A stretch of DNA of 64,000 nt from Pseudomonadota bacterium (GTDB lineage Bacteria; Pseudomonadota; Gammaproteobacteria; Pseudomonadales; Azotimanducaceae), in assembly GCA_047947185.1 (NCBI GenBank), contig CP170502.1:1301978-1365977 (forward strand), read 5' to 3'. Of this stretch, positions 47,428-58,989 are shown piece after piece; position 1 is the first letter of the stretch; each line of letters opens with the position of its first letter. The position numbers and the translations under genes were made by a program. The notes under the pieces were generated by a model. It did not search any database. It saw only the letters and a program-made list of their open reading frames with translations, and was not told the DNA's origin.

Positions 47428-48201
47428 TTGATGTTAACGGTTATTTCCCCGGCCAAAACGCTCGATTTTGATTCACCCGCGCAGACTACCAGGGCAACCC
47501 TGCCAGAGCATCTCAACCGGTCCAGGGAACTGGTATCGGTACTGCGCCGTGCTTCTCCCAAAGACCTGAGCCGCCTCATGGGGATCAGCCCAAAGCTGGC
47601 GGCGCTGAATGTTGAGCGTTACCAGGCGTGGAAACCCCCGTTTACAACCGCAAACGCCAGGCAGTCGCTGCTGGCTTTCAAGGGCGATGTGTATCTGGGC
47701 ATCGAGGTGGAAAACTGGTCGCAGCGTGATTTGACCCACGCCCAGAAGACGCTACGTATCCTCTCAGGCCTGTATGGTGTGTTGCGCCCCCTGGATCTTA
47801 TTCAACCCTACCGACTGGAAATGGGGACAAAACTGGCCAACAGCAAAGGCAAGGACCTCTATGCCTTCTGGGGCGAAGAAATTACGCGCAGACTCGCTGA
47901 TGAACTCAGTGAACATAGAGACAAGACGCTGATCAACCTGGCGTCCAATGAATATTTCAAGTCTGTCCACCCGGATGCCCTGCCCGGTCAGGTCATTACC
48001 CCGGTATTCAAGGATTACAGCAGGGGCAGCTACAAGATACTGAGTTTTTTTGCGAAGAAAGCCAGGGGGCAGATGGCCGCATTTATCGTCAAAAACCGCA
48101 TTGCAAAGCCAAAAGGACTTAAAGAGTTTGACGCCGACGGCTACCGGTTCAACGAGGCCTTCTCCAGTGAAACTGACTGGGTCTTTACCCGCAAGGCATG
48201 A
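47428..48201 (+). CDS. yaaA: Peroxide stress protein YaaA (UPF0246)
   Basis: MLTVISPAKTLDF N-terminus and an overall YaaA-like sequence. Confidence 0.9.
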   Translation: MMLTVISPAKTLDFDSPAQTTRATLPEHLNRSRELVSVLRRASPKDLSRLMGISPKLAALNVERYQAWKPPFTTANARQSLLAFKGDVYLGIEVENWSQRDLTHAQKTLRILSGLYGVLRPLDLIQPYRLEMGTKLANSKGKDLYAFWGEEITRRLADELSEHRDKTLINLASNEYFKSVHPDALPGQVITPVFKDYSRGSYKILSFFAKKARGQMAAFIVKNRIAKPKGLKEFDADGYRFNEAFSSETDWVFTRKA

Positions 48202-49181
48202 GCGCAAACCGACTCGGCATTATCGTTAACCCCATGTCGGGGCGGGACGTCCGTCGCGTCGCGGCCCGCGCCAGCACCAGCACCCACGAAAACAAGCAGC
48301 AGCAGGTCACACGACTTGTGCTGGGCGCTTTTGCCAATGGTGTGGATGAAATTTTCCTGGTGAACGAACCCTTCCGCATCAGTGCCCGCGCTATCGAAAA
48401 TTTGCCACAGTTCCACCAGGTCACCATGCTGGATATTCCCCTGACTCACACCGCAAGCGACAGTATTGCAGCAGCGCGCGCCATGTGGGAGCGGGGTTGT
48501 CGAACCTTTATTGTGCTGGGCGGAGATGGAACCAACCGCGTGGTTGCCGATGCCCTGCCGGGTGCCCGACTGTTACCCCTGTCGACCGGTACCAACAACG
48601 TCTTTCCCTTCATGGTTGAAGCCTCGGTCGCTGGCGCTGCGGCCGGTATCGTGGCCAGCGGACGCGTGGACGTCGCGACCGTCTGTCCACCCTGCAAGCG
48701 CGTCCACGTCAGGGTAAACAACCTGACCGAAACGGCCCTTGTTGATGCCGTGCTGCTGCAGGATGATATTCGTGGCAGCCTGCTGCCGTTTGCCCCGGAC
48801 AAGATTACCCACCTGTTCCTGGCCAGGGCAGAGCCAGCGTCCATCGGGATGTCCCCGATCGGCGGATACATCCTGCCCTGCCATGACAACGACAACTTCG
48901 GACTGTTGATCGAAACGGGGATCCCTGCCAGGTACCAGGTCACCGCGCCTGTGTCAGCCGGGCTTTATGGCGACATTCTTATCAAGTCAATCCGGCAGGT
49001 TCCGCTGGACGAGACCGTTGTATTTGATGGGACGGGGATACTGGGGTTTGATGGTGACCGACTCCTGACCGCAGACCAGGACAGGATCGAAGTCACTTTT
49101 CGCAGGGATGGCCCGGCCATCATCAATCCCGCGGGGGTCATGGAAGCGGCCGTTGCCGCCGGTGCATTCACCCGAAACTGA
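48198..49181 (+). CDS. NAD kinase / diacylglycerol kinase-like (GGDGT motif) protein
   Basis: LGIIVNPMSGR N-terminus and IVLGGDGTNRVV. ATGA overlap with the yaaA stop. Confidence 0.6.
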   Translation: MSANRLGIIVNPMSGRDVRRVAARASTSTHENKQQQVTRLVLGAFANGVDEIFLVNEPFRISARAIENLPQFHQVTMLDIPLTHTASDSIAAARAMWERGCRTFIVLGGDGTNRVVADALPGARLLPLSTGTNNVFPFMVEASVAGAAAGIVASGRVDVATVCPPCKRVHVRVNNLTETALVDAVLLQDDIRGSLLPFAPDKITHLFLARAEPASIGMSPIGGYILPCHDNDNFGLLIETGIPARYQVTAPVSAGLYGDILIKSIRQVPLDETVVFDGTGILGFDGDRLLTADQDRIEVTFRRDGPAIINPAGVMEAAVAAGAFTRN

Positions 49182-49264
49182 TGCCAGGCAGGCACCGGAG
49201 TACTGGCAGCAAGTGTCGCCGAAGGCTACTATTGCAAGCCAAATCCAGGCATTAAGGCATCGAA

Positions 49265-50089
49265 TTGAAGTTTCTTTTTCAACTGTCCCTGCTGGCCCTG
49301 CTGGCCACCTGTCTGCCCGCAACCAGCGCTGAGCAGAACGCTACCGACGATTCTGAATCAAAAACGCTCATCTGGCCGGATGGAACGCGATATGTTGGTG
49401 GCGTCCGGGATGGTAAGCGTTTCGGCAAGGGGACCATCTACTGGGAAGACGGCACGCGTTTTGTCGGTACCTTCAAGAACGATATGCGTAACGGCCCGGG
49501 CACCATGATTCTGCCGGACGGGACCGTCTACAATGGCTTCTTCCAGGACGACCAGCTGGTACAGTCTCCCTCCGAGCCGGGAGCGCCCGAGGTGGATGCC
49601 GCGGTGCTGGCTGATACCCGCCCACCCGCCAGCATTGAACCCGCAGATGATCCTGCCGTGGAAACGGTTGCTGCAACGCCAGCGCCTGATAAAGCAGTGA
49701 CTGCGCCAACAACTGCGACACCGACTGAAATCACCGAACTGTCTACCGGCGTCAGACAGACGCTGGAAAACACCGTGCAAGAATGGGCCCGTGCCTGGCA
49801 GGGACAACAGGTGGCGGATTACCTGGGTTTTTATTCTGCCGAGTTTACTGTGCCTGGACGCCAGAGCCGCAGTGCCTGGGAAGCACTCCGGCGTTCGCGC
49901 CTCACCCGACCGGGCAACATCACGATTGGCATTACTTTTGATTTGATTGAAATTGTGGCGCCCAATGTTGCCGAGGTCACTTTCCGGCAGACCTACACGT
50001 CAGATGTCTACAGCGACGTGACCAACAAGACCCTCAGGCTGCAGAAAGAGGCCAACGGCTGGAAAATTCTTGAGGAGCGCAGCAACTAA
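49265..50089 (+). CDS. Secreted MORN-repeat protein with Pro/Ala/Thr linker and NTF2-like (Cds6-like) C-terminal domain
   Basis: Signal peptide, three YxGxxxxGxxxGxG MORN-type repeats, then ...WARAWQGQQVADYLGFYSAEF... typical of Cds6/SnoaL-like folds. Confidence 0.65.
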   Translation: MKFLFQLSLLALLATCLPATSAEQNATDDSESKTLIWPDGTRYVGGVRDGKRFGKGTIYWEDGTRFVGTFKNDMRNGPGTMILPDGTVYNGFFQDDQLVQSPSEPGAPEVDAAVLADTRPPASIEPADDPAVETVAATPAPDKAVTAPTTATPTEITELSTGVRQTLENTVQEWARAWQGQQVADYLGFYSAEFTVPGRQSRSAWEALRRSRLTRPGNITIGITFDLIEIVAPNVAEVTFRQTYTSDVYSDVTNKTLRLQKEANGWKILEERSN

Positions 50090-50116
50090 CCCGCGTTGCA
50101 CTCAAGTGTGTGGTGA

Positions 50117-51340
50117 TCAGCCACCAAAGTCGTCAAGGAAGATGTTGTCGCGTTCGACGCCCAGGTCTTCCAGCATCTGAATTACGGCTGCGTTCATCAT
50201 GGGCGGCCCGCACATGTAGTATTCACAGTCTTCAGGCGCGGGGTGGTCTTTCAGGTAGTTCTCATACAGGACATTGTGAATGAACCCGGTATAACCGTCC
50301 CAATCCTTGATATCCCTGTCTGACAGCGCGACGTGCCAGGTAAAGTTTTCATTTTCGGCTGCCAGTTTGTCGAACTCGTCCACGTAGAACAGTTCCCGCT
50401 GGTTACGTCCGCCGTACCAGAAAGTGATTTTCCGGTTGGTGTGGAGACGCAACAACTGGTCAAAGATGTGCGCCCGCATTGGCGCCATACCGGCACCCCC
50501 ACCAATAAACACCATCTCAGCGTCAGTGTCCTTGGCGAAGAACTCCCCATAGGGACCAAATATGGTCACCTTGTCTCCAGGCTTCAACGTAAACAGGTAA
50601 GACGACATGCGACCGGGCGGGAAATTGGTACCGGGAGGCGGGGAGGCTATCCGGATGTTGAACTTCATGATTCCCTTTTCTTCCGGATAGTTGGCCATTG
50701 AATAGGCGCGAATGGTCACCTCATCACAGGAGGCCTTGTGATCAAACACACCAAATTTTTCCCAGTCGGGCCGGTATTCTTCGGCAACCTCAATGTCCTT
50801 GTAGTCAATACTGTAGGGACCAATCTCGAACTGCACATAACCACCGGCACGGAAATCCACTTCCTCGCCTTCCGGCAGTTTCAGCACCAGTTCCTTGATG
50901 AAAGTCGCAACGTTGTCGTTGGAGATAACCTCACATTCCCAGCGCTTGACACCAAAAAACTCCGCGGGCACTTCTATCTTCATGTCCTGCTTGACAGCCG
51001 TCTGGCAGGACAGGCGCCAGCCTTCCTTGGCCTCTCCACGGGTGAAATGGCCTGCTTCAGTCGAGAGCATGGAGCCACCACCATCAATGACCCGACAACG
51101 GCACTGGCCACAGGTTCCACCGCCACCGCAGGCGGAGGAGAGGAAAATACCGGCATCCGCCAGCGTATTGAGCAATTTGCCCCCTGCCGCTGTTCGTATC
51201 GACTTTTCCGGATCACCATTGATCTCGATCAGCACCTCACCGCTGCTGACCAGATTTTTCCGCGCAAACAGGATGATGAACACCAGCACCATAATGACGC
51301 CGGTAAACATGGAAACTGCAAGGATAATTTCTGTAACCAT
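50117..51340 (-). CDS. nqrF: Na+-translocating NADH:quinone oxidoreductase subunit F
   Basis: N-terminal TM helix, 2Fe-2S ferredoxin Cys cluster ([11 protein letters not shown]) and FAD/NADH-binding domain (RAYSMAN). Confidence 0.97.
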   Translation of the reverse strand: MVTEIILAVSMFTGVIMVLVFIILFARKNLVSSGEVLIEINGDPEKSIRTAAGGKLLNTLADAGIFLSSACGGGGTCGQCRCRVIDGGGSMLSTEAGHFTRGEAKEGWRLSCQTAVKQDMKIEVPAEFFGVKRWECEVISNDNVATFIKELVLKLPEGEEVDFRAGGYVQFEIGPYSIDYKDIEVAEEYRPDWEKFGVFDHKASCDEVTIRAYSMANYPEEKGIMKFNIRIASPPPGTNFPPGRMSSYLFTLKPGDKVTIFGPYGEFFAKDTDAEMVFIGGGAGMAPMRAHIFDQLLRLHTNRKITFWYGGRNQRELFYVDEFDKLAAENENFTWHVALSDRDIKDWDGYTGFIHNVLYENYLKDHPAPEDCEYYMCGPPMMNAAVIQMLEDLGVERDNIFLDDFGG

Positions 51341-51349
51341 AATGACGCT

Positions 51350-51958
51350 TTACAAAGAGATTCCAGCAAATGACATGAAGCCCAGCGACATCAGACCAAC
51401 TGTGATGAACGTGATGCCAAGCCCCTGGAGACCGGCGGGCACATCGCTGTACTTCAACTTTTCCCGGATACCGGCCAGCATGACAATTGCAATTGCCCAG
51501 CCAACACCGGCACCAAGGCCATAGACCACACTTTCGCCGAAGTTGTAATCGCGGTTTACCATAAACAGCGATGCCCCGAGAATAGCGCAGTTAACTGTAA
51601 TGAGCGGGAGAAATACGCCCAGGGCGTTGTAGAGGGCCGGTACATACTTGTCCAGGAACATCTCCAGGATCTGCACAATTGCCGCAATTACGCCAATATA
51701 ACTCAGGAACCCGAGGTAACTGAGGTCAACATCCGGCAGGCCGGCCCACGCCAGTGCACCGTCGTTCAGCAAATAATGAAAGATCACATTGTTGACCGGC
51801 ACTGTAATCGCCAGCACCACAACAACCGCCACACCCAGGCCAATCGCCGTCTCGATTTTCTTGGAGATGGCAATAAAAGTGCACATGCCAAGAAAAAATG
51901 CCAGTGCCATATTCTCAATAAATACGGCTTTGATGAACAGGCTCAGGTAATACTCCAT
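51350..51958 (-). CDS. nqrE: Na+-NQR subunit E
   Basis: 202-aa polytopic protein with the [20 protein letters not shown]-terminus typical of NqrE. Confidence 0.96.
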   Translation of the reverse strand: MEYYLSLFIKAVFIENMALAFFLGMCTFIAISKKIETAIGLGVAVVVVLAITVPVNNVIFHYLLNDGALAWAGLPDVDLSYLGFLSYIGVIAAIVQILEMFLDKYVPALYNALGVFLPLITVNCAILGASLFMVNRDYNFGESVVYGLGAGVGWAIAIVMLAGIREKLKYSDVPAGLQGLGITFITVGLMSLGFMSFAGISL

Positions 51959-51968
51959 AACAATTCCC

Positions 51969-52631
51969 CTAGGCTGTTCTTGTCAGGGCGGTGTGACCGC
52001 CAATTTCGTATTCGGGCTCCTCAACCTGCTCGGTCTTCCAGGCACGCAATGCCCAGATCAGCAGGCCAATGATGAAAAACGCACTGGGCGGGAGCAGGAG
52101 CAGGCCCATGGGGGTGTACCATCCGCCCTGGGTAACCAGGGGCAGCACCTGGAAACCGAACACGCTGCCGGAACCGCCCAACTCGCGAATGAATGCCACC
52201 AGCATCAGCACTACGCTGTAACCCAACCCGTTACCTATGCCATCAATAAAGCTGATCCCGGGCGGATTTTGCATGGCAAACGCCTCGGCGCGCCCCATGA
52301 CAATACAGTTGGTGATAATCAGGCCAACAAACACGGTCAGCTGCTTGCTGATTTCATAGGCCACAGCGCCGAGAATCTGGTCCACCACTATCACCAGCGA
52401 GGCGATGATGGTCATTTGCACAATAATACGTACGCTGCTCGGGATTCGATTCCTGATCATCGAAATAAAGAGATTCGAGAAAGCAGTGACGCTGGTAAGT
52501 GCTATACACATCACCAGCGCCACACTCATTTTTGTGGTAACCGCAAGTGCTGAGCAAATGCCCAGGATCTGCAGTCCAATTGGGTTGTTGGCAAAGATTG
52601 GGCCAAGCAGGACTTCCTTTACGTTTGCCAT
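51969..52631 (-). CDS. nqrD: Na+-NQR subunit D
   Basis: The [25 protein letters not shown] motif is typical of NqrD/RnfE. Confidence 0.96.
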   Translation of the reverse strand: MANVKEVLLGPIFANNPIGLQILGICSALAVTTKMSVALVMCIALTSVTAFSNLFISMIRNRIPSSVRIIVQMTIIASLVIVVDQILGAVAYEISKQLTVFVGLIITNCIVMGRAEAFAMQNPPGISFIDGIGNGLGYSVVLMLVAFIRELGGSGSVFGFQVLPLVTQGGWYTPMGLLLLPPSAFFIIGLLIWALRAWKTEQVEEPEYEIGGHTALTRTA

Positions 52632-52633
52632 AA

Positions 52634-53452
52634 CTAGATAGCTCCGACCTCCCGGGTTTGTAACTGTTTCAGCATGGGTCCAAAACCATTGTCACCCAGC
52701 CAGTAGTGAATCAGGTTCTCTACGCCGCGGCTCGTCAGCGTTGCACCCGACAATCCGTCAATATGGTATTCAGCATCACGAGAGTTGGGATCAACCGCGC
52801 CCTTGATGACGCGCAGGGCAACTTCATGATTATTGCTGTAGATTTCTTTCCCCTGCCAGGACGCTTTCCAGGCGGGGTTGTCAACTTCCCCGCCCAGCCC
52901 TGCGGTTTCCTGCTGCTCATAGAAGGTGATGCCGGCGACCGTATTCATGTCACCCTGCAGGGCAAGGTAGCCGTACATGATCGACCAGAGTCCGTAGCCG
53001 TGCACAGGCAGTACAATTTTCTCGAGGCCGTCTTCGTCCTCCAGCAGGTACACCACACTGTAGCGGGCCCTGCGGCTAATTGAGGCAACGTCTTCCTCGT
53101 TGGACAATGCCCTCGACAGGGCCGGATCCTTGGACGCCTTGCGCTGGTCGTAGGTTGCGACATCAATACCAAGGGCAGCCACCTCCTCGTCTGTCAGAAA
53201 GCGCTTCTCATCCAGGTCAACCACCCGGGTTGTAAACTGCTTGAAGAGTTCCTGTACCTGGCCAGGTGCGGTTTTGCCTTCCTCAAACAACCCCGCTGCT
53301 TCCAGGATATTCTTGTAGCGGTCCGCTTCCTTGTTGGCCGCGCGCTGGGGTTTGAGTGATACCGCTGTGCCGGAGACAACAATTGCGCACGCAAAACACA
53401 CGACCAGGGCAACGGTGATGACATTGGTGATTGAGTCTTTTTTAAGCGCCAC
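52634..53452 (-). CDS. nqrC: Na+-NQR subunit C
   Basis: N-terminal TM helix and an FMN-attachment motif context ([13 protein letters not shown]). Confidence 0.95.
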   Translation of the reverse strand: MALKKDSITNVITVALVVCFACAIVVSGTAVSLKPQRAANKEADRYKNILEAAGLFEEGKTAPGQVQELFKQFTTRVVDLDEKRFLTDEEVAALGIDVATYDQRKASKDPALSRALSNEEDVASISRRARYSVVYLLEDEDGLEKIVLPVHGYGLWSIMYGYLALQGDMNTVAGITFYEQQETAGLGGEVDNPAWKASWQGKEIYSNNHEVALRVIKGAVDPNSRDAEYHIDGLSGATLTSRGVENLIHYWLGDNGFGPMLKQLQTREVGAI

Positions 53453-54650
53453 TGCGTGCCAACCTCCGTTTCACGTTCGCCTGTACCACACCCCAGTCAA
53501 ACAGGGGCGCCATCAGGTTGGCAAACAGGATCGCCAGCATGATCCCTTCCGGGAACGCCGGGTTGACCACCCTGATCAGCACGGTCATTACCCCGATCAA
53601 TGCGCCGTACGCCCACTTGCCGGTATTGGTCATTGCCGCTGACACGGGATCCGTTGCCATGTACACCATACCAAAGGCAAAACCACCCAACACAAAGTGC
53701 CAGTACCAGGGCATGGCAAACATCGGATTGGTGTCAGAACCAATCATGTTGAACATCAGTGCTGTTGCCACCATGCCCAGCATCACGCCGGTCATGATGC
53801 GCCAGGATGCGGCCCGGGTATAAAGCAGCAGGGCGCCTCCAATCAGAATGGCCAGGGTTGAGGTACCACCGACTGTGCCCTGGGTGTTGCCAATAAACGC
53901 GTCCATCCACTCAATGCCACTGGCGGTCACACCCGCCACGCCTTCCAGCGCAGCAATACCAAGCGGTGTTGCGCCACTGAAGCCGTCCACGGCGGTCCAG
54001 ACGGCATCGCCCGAAGACTGCGCAGGATAGGCAAAGTAGAGAAATGCCCGCCCCGTCAGCGCGGGGTTAAGGAAATTCTTGCCCGTGCCACCAAATATCT
54101 CCTTGCCGATGACAATACCAAACGAAATGCCCAGCGCAACCTGCCAGAGCGGTATGGTGGCGGGCATGGTCAAGGCAAACAGGATTGAGGTGACAAAAAA
54201 GCCCTCGTTGATCTCGTGCCCGCGCACGGTGGCAAAGGTAATTTCCCAGAAAGCCCCGACGACAAAAGTCACAAAATAGATGGGAATGAAGAACACGGCA
54301 CCGTAAACCAGGCAATCCCACCAGCTTGTGGCGTCATAACCCGCCACCAGTTCAACAATCCAGCCGCGCCAGCCTGCCAGCGATTCCACACCCATCTGGT
54401 CCATTGCGAGGTTTGCCTGCAGACCCACAAAGTACATACCGGCGAACATCGGGAAAAACGCGCACAACCAGACAGTTGACATGATTCGCTTGAGGTCAAC
54501 CGAGTCACGTACGTGGGAGGCGCCTTTGGTAACCGACGCCGGCGTATAAAAAATGGTATCTACCGCCTCGTATACGGCATAGAACTTCTCGTACTTACCA
54601 CCTTTCTCAAACTGCGGTTCGAGCGTGTCGAGAATTTGTCTTAGCCCCAT
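53442..54650 (-). CDS. nqrB: Na+-NQR subunit B
   Basis: Polytopic protein with an FMN-attachment motif context ([11 protein letters not shown]). Operon position supports the call. Confidence 0.96.
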   Translation of the reverse strand: MGLRQILDTLEPQFEKGGKYEKFYAVYEAVDTIFYTPASVTKGASHVRDSVDLKRIMSTVWLCAFFPMFAGMYFVGLQANLAMDQMGVESLAGWRGWIVELVAGYDATSWWDCLVYGAVFFIPIYFVTFVVGAFWEITFATVRGHEINEGFFVTSILFALTMPATIPLWQVALGISFGIVIGKEIFGGTGKNFLNPALTGRAFLYFAYPAQSSGDAVWTAVDGFSGATPLGIAALEGVAGVTASGIEWMDAFIGNTQGTVGGTSTLAILIGGALLLYTRAASWRIMTGVMLGMVATALMFNMIGSDTNPMFAMPWYWHFVLGGFAFGMVYMATDPVSAAMTNTGKWAYGALIGVMTVLIRVVNPAFPEGIMLAILFANLMAPLFDWGVVQANVKRRLARSGA

Positions 54651-54656
54651 CAGGAA

Positions 54657-56000
54657 TTAACCCTCCGCTTCAATTCGCGTTAGCATTTCACGCAGATATG
54701 GCCCGTACTCGTATTTGCCGGGACAGACAAAAGTACACAATGCAAGATCGTCTTCATCCAGTTCAAGACAGCCGAGCGCAATGGCCGATTCCACATCCGA
54801 CACCAGCAGCGCCCGCAACAGTTGGGTAGGCAATACGTCCAGCGGCATGACCCATTCATACGAACCTATGGGTACCATCGCCCGTTCACTGCCCTCGGTG
54901 TTGGTTGTCAGCGCAAACTCTTTGGTGCCCAGCCAAGAACCGGCAAAAAGCCGGGTGACGGAAAACTTCTTAACGCCCGGCAGGATAAACCCGAACAGTT
55001 CCCGATCGTTCCCTTCCCGCAGCACGGACACCTGGTGATGATGCCTTCCAAGGTACGCTGACGGCCCCCGTGCGGTTCTGCCGTCCAGTACTGAACCTGA
55101 AATCACCCGCTGGTTGGCCTCGCTGATCTCACCGGCCAGCAGTTCATCCAGGCTTGCCCCACGCCGGGTTCGCAGCAACCGCGGCTTGTCTGCCCCGGGA
55201 CCACCCAGCGCAACAATGCGATCGTGGAATAGTTTGCCCGTTGTGAAGAGCGACCCGATGGCAACAACGTTCTGGTAATCAATAAACCAGACACTGCGTT
55301 GCTGGCTGACGGGTGACAGGAAGTGGATATGGGTACCCGGTAACCCGGCTGGGTGAGGACCCGCAAAAGTTTCGGTTTTTATTGCAGGGTCAGTCCCGGT
55401 GGGCACATCTGCGCCGGGCGCAGTGCAAACAAACACCGAACCTCCGGTGAGACGGGTGAGCACGGAGAGCCCTGCCACAAACGCATCTTTGTGTTCGTTA
55501 ATAAACACCTGGGGATCGGCCGTCAGGGGACGAGTGTCCATGGCTGTAACAAAAATGTCCCGGGGCACATCGTCGGGTGCAGGCACCTTGCTGTAGGGGC
55601 GATTTCGCAGGGCCGTCCACTCACCCGAGTCGATCAACTGGGCAACAACCTGCTCGCGTGGCAAGGTGGCGATATCCGCCGGGTCGAATTGCCCGAAGGA
55701 TTCTTCCTCACCTGCTTCAATCTCTATCACCACCGACTGGAATATACGCCGGGCTCCCCGGTTAACCGCGGTCACCGTCCCGGTGGCGGGGGCAGTATAT
55801 TTGACGCCGGGGTTCTTTTTGTCTGTGAAGATGACCTGCCCGGCGCGCACCTTGTCGCCCTCGGCCACTTCCATTGTTGGCTTGAGACCAGGGTAGTCAT
55901 ACCCCAGGAGTGCAACAGTGCGTACAGGACGCCCATCGTATGCAATTTGCTCGGGTTTACCGGAGATCGGTAGGTCGAGCCCGCGTTTGGTCCTTATCAT
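54657..56000 (-). CDS. nqrA: Na+-NQR subunit A
   Basis: [15 protein letters not shown]-terminus, 447 aa, first gene of the nqr operon. Confidence 0.96.
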   Translation of the reverse strand: MIRTKRGLDLPISGKPEQIAYDGRPVRTVALLGYDYPGLKPTMEVAEGDKVRAGQVIFTDKKNPGVKYTAPATGTVTAVNRGARRIFQSVVIEIEAGEEESFGQFDPADIATLPREQVVAQLIDSGEWTALRNRPYSKVPAPDDVPRDIFVTAMDTRPLTADPQVFINEHKDAFVAGLSVLTRLTGGSVFVCTAPGADVPTGTDPAIKTETFAGPHPAGLPGTHIHFLSPVSQQRSVWFIDYQNVVAIGSLFTTGKLFHDRIVALGGPGADKPRLLRTRRGASLDELLAGEISEANQRVISGSVLDGRTARGPSAYLGRHHHQVSVLREGNDRELFGFILPGVKKFSVTRLFAGSWLGTKEFALTTNTEGSERAMVPIGSYEWVMPLDVLPTQLLRALLVSDVESAIALGCLELDEDDLALCTFVCPGKYEYGPYLREMLTRIEAEG

Positions 56001-56100
56001 CTGCTACCCAAATAGCAAGTAAAAAAAGAAATCGCCTTCAGTTGGTCAGGCACAAAATAGGAATCTCGACGGATGATGTAACCCCCGAAAAAACGCCGGC

Positions 56101-56129
56101 ATTATAGTTCGGTGGTCGCGATATATCCA
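56101..56129 (-). promoter_or_regulatory. Candidate sigma70 promoter for nqrA (TGGATA-17 nt-TATAAT on minus strand)
   Basis: The -10 TATAAT is the reverse complement of 56101-56106. The -35 TGGATA is the reverse complement of 56124-56129. It lies about 100 nt upstream of the nqrA ATG. Support is a consensus match only. Confidence 0.3.
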
Positions 56130-56161
56130 CCGAAAGCACGACGATTCACCGGACAATCGAT

Positions 56162-56190
56162 AAAAAAAAGGCCCACTGAATTGTGGGCCT
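56162..56190 (-). terminator. Rho-independent terminator downstream of gap
   Basis: The minus strand reads AGGCCCAC-AATTCA-GTGGGCCT followed by T8, about 40 nt after the gap stop. Confidence 0.9.
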
Positions 56191-56230
56191 CTCTTTTAAC
56201 CACGAACTAAACCACCAGCCCGACCCAGCG

Positions 56231-57739
56231 TCAGCCAACAGTACGACGCAATGGCGTGGCCTCCGCCACAACTGCCGGATCCGTCTCCGGCTGGCGTGGT
56301 ACCACCGGGTAGCGAATCCCTGCCATTTTCTGGCCAACCCTCACCACCTGGCAGGTGTAACCAAACTCGTTGTCGTACCAGACGTAGAGCACAACATGAC
56401 GGCCATCCACAATAGTGGCGTCCGAATCGATAATGCCTGCATGCCGGTCCCCGATAAAGTCGGAGGAAACAACCTCATTCGACACGGTAAAACCAATCTG
56501 CCGCTGCATGGACGAGTTCAGCGATACACCGCGCAGGTATTCATTAATCTCTTCTTTGGTGTGTTCCTCTGCCAGGGTCAGGTGAAGAATGGCCATGGAC
56601 ACGTTTGGCACTGGCACCCGAATGGAGTTGCCAGTAAGTTTGCCGTCCAGCTCTGGCAGCAGTTTGCCAATTGAACTGGTCGCGTTCGACTCGGTCAGCA
56701 CCATGTTCAGCGCAGCGCTTCGACCCCGCCGCTCCTTGGAGTGAATGTTGTCATGCAGGTTCTGGTCATCGGTGTAGGCGTGAACCGTCTCCATGTGGCC
56801 ATGCTGGATCTGGAAGGTATCGTTCATACACTTCAGCACGGGGACAATGGCATTGGTGGTACAGGAACCGGCGGCCACAATCTTGTCCAGGGGCGTAATC
56901 AGGTCCGAGTTGACACCCGAGACAATGTTTTTCATGGCGCCTTTACCCGAGGTGGTCAGCAGTACCTTGGCAACACCAGGTGCAGCCAGATGCTGGGACA
57001 AACCGGCCTCGTCCCGCCATACCCCGGTACTGTCAATCACCAGCGCATTCTTGATGCCATATTGCGTGTAATCGATGGCACTCGGATCGTTGGCATAAAT
57101 GAACCTGATGACGTTACCGTTGCAGATGAGCACGTGGTTCTCTTCATCAACCCGGATCGTTCCCTTGAAAGGCCCGTGGATCGAGTCACGTCGCAACAGG
57201 CTGGCGCGACGGTTCAGGTCCAGGATCGGATCCTTGGGTGGGCGCAGTACAACCGCTTTCTGGTTCAGGTTCTGCCCACCACCGGTTTTTTCCACCAGCA
57301 GCCTGGTGACCAGGCGCCCGATCCGGCCAAAGCCGTAGACCACCACGTCCATGGGCTGGTGCGAGATTGTCTCGTGTTTGCCGAGGATCTCGCTGCACTC
57401 CCGTTTGACGTAAGCTTCCATGGAAAGGCCGTCATCATTTGCCATGTAATTGGAAGTGAGCTTGCCGATATCAACGTGTGCCGGCCCGAGGTCAAGGCGG
57501 CACAGGATTTCGAGTATCGGGTGCGTCTCAAACTCGGACATCTCGTTGTGTTCAATCTGCCGCACCGCCCGGTGCGCCTTCATGATTTCGATGACGGAGG
57601 TGTTGTATAGCGGAACGCCATGAATGTAGATGACGATGTTACGACGGTACAGCCCGCCGATCATTGGAATCATTGCTTCTGCCAGCGCTTCGCGCTCTTT
57701 CCAGTCAGCAAAGACGCCGTCAAGTCCTGGTCGTGCCAC
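56231..57739 (-). CDS. Glyceraldehyde-3-phosphate dehydrogenase, long (~500 aa) form
   Basis: An N-terminal extension is followed by a GAPDH core (VVVYGFGRIGR, active-site SCTTN, WYDNEFGY). Gene order matches the Pseudomonas PA3001-mfd neighbourhood. Confidence 0.92.
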   Translation of the reverse strand: MARPGLDGVFADWKEREALAEAMIPMIGGLYRRNIVIYIHGVPLYNTSVIEIMKAHRAVRQIEHNEMSEFETHPILEILCRLDLGPAHVDIGKLTSNYMANDDGLSMEAYVKRECSEILGKHETISHQPMDVVVYGFGRIGRLVTRLLVEKTGGGQNLNQKAVVLRPPKDPILDLNRRASLLRRDSIHGPFKGTIRVDEENHVLICNGNVIRFIYANDPSAIDYTQYGIKNALVIDSTGVWRDEAGLSQHLAAPGVAKVLLTTSGKGAMKNIVSGVNSDLITPLDKIVAAGSCTTNAIVPVLKCMNDTFQIQHGHMETVHAYTDDQNLHDNIHSKERRGRSAALNMVLTESNATSSIGKLLPELDGKLTGNSIRVPVPNVSMAILHLTLAEEHTKEEINEYLRGVSLNSSMQRQIGFTVSNEVVSSDFIGDRHAGIIDSDATIVDGRHVVLYVWYDNEFGYTCQVVRVGQKMAGIRYPVVPRQPETDPAVVAEATPLRRTVG

Positions 57740-57934
57740 GAGGATCTCCTCCGTTCATAAAGTTTCCGTTAAGGCCCGCCCATAGGGCATTGTTTTTAAA
57801 AGGAAAACTTTCACTTTACTGGTCACCATGCTGGAACCTGGCAGCTTTCCCGGCCGGGCGCACATTATCGGATCACCAGACGATTTTCGCAATGCCGACA
57901 GGTACGAAAGGCGGCTTTTTTGGACTGGCGGTGA

Positions 57935-58945
57935 TCAGTCCGGCAGGTCAAGGATCAGCAGCCTTCGTTCCTGATCAATACGAAACTGGAAGTGGCGCAA
58001 GAAATTCATGCCAAGCAGGCCATCAATACCCGCTGGCAGGGGCAGCGCCAGCGCACCCACGGCCAGCGCATTGATGACGGCGTTGCCAATTGACAGGTGC
58101 CCAAGGGTGATGACGGGCGCGTCCACCACACCACCCGCGGTTGCAAAATACTCACGCCGGCCAGCAAGGCTGTAGCCCAACCGCTCCAGTGTTGCCGCGT
58201 CAATGACCGTCATGGCGGCGCCGGTATCCACCAGCAGGGAGACCAGGCTGCCATCGTCCAGCCGCGCCTCCACAACAAACTGGCTGCCGGCAGCACGCAG
58301 CGGTATCTCTTCACCACCCTCGGCATAAACTTCGCTGCGTTCAGCCTGGCGCATGAGCGCCCGCGCCTGGGCCCCCAACTGCGGATGGTTCTGGATCTGG
58401 GCGAGTGGCGCCAGCGCGGCTTCAAAACTGCCGGTGCGCATGCGCAGGGACCCCAGCTTCAGAAAATAGGCAGCAAGCTCGGGATGCGAGAGGGTAATGG
58501 TTTCGAGCATCCGATCCAGTTCGTCAAACCGTTCTGCTGCCGTGAGTTCACGTTCCAGCATATCAATCAGTGTGGCAAGGCGCTGCTGGAACAGATCCTG
58601 TCCTGCCAGGTCGCGTGCATGCAGCGAGGCGTCCAGCAGGGTACCAACCGCGGCAACCAGCAGGCCCTGCCGGGTTTGAATATCCGCAAGCTGGATCAGC
58701 GATTCAAAGGTGCTGACGCCCCCCACAGGAGCACCATCCGTGCGCCTGTCAGGGAGACCAGCGGTGATTGGCGCCGGTTGCACCCAGGTGTCCGCTGGCA
58801 GACCCTGGCCAGCCCGGGTCGCGGCAGGCGCCAGAGCCCCGGGCAGAAAATCACGCAGCCACCAGCCGGCCAGGCTGCCCAGCAAAAACAGCGAAATGCC
58901 CACCAGTAAAACAGGCACCCGTACGGTCTTGCGTTCTCTGTGCAA
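57935..58945 (-). CDS. Membrane-anchored retropepsin-like aspartic protease with helical repeat region
   Basis: N-terminal TM helix, a helical middle region, and a C-terminal VDTGAAMTVID ... GLLGMNFL clan-AA signature. Confidence 0.78.
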   Translation of the reverse strand: MHRERKTVRVPVLLVGISLFLLGSLAGWWLRDFLPGALAPAATRAGQGLPADTWVQPAPITAGLPDRRTDGAPVGGVSTFESLIQLADIQTRQGLLVAAVGTLLDASLHARDLAGQDLFQQRLATLIDMLERELTAAERFDELDRMLETITLSHPELAAYFLKLGSLRMRTGSFEAALAPLAQIQNHPQLGAQARALMRQAERSEVYAEGGEEIPLRAAGSQFVVEARLDDGSLVSLLVDTGAAMTVIDAATLERLGYSLAGRREYFATAGGVVDAPVITLGHLSIGNAVINALAVGALALPLPAGIDGLLGMNFLRHFQFRIDQERRLLILDLPD

Positions 58946-58989
58946 GCGAGTAACCTTCTTACCCCTTTAATCCCAGCGGACCCGCTATT

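Noticed and set aside
50090-50116. Absence of apbE/nqrM downstream of nqrF as an anomaly
   Set aside because: These maturation genes can be encoded elsewhere in the genome, and this cannot be judged from a 64-kb window. The operon itself looks complete (nqrA-F).
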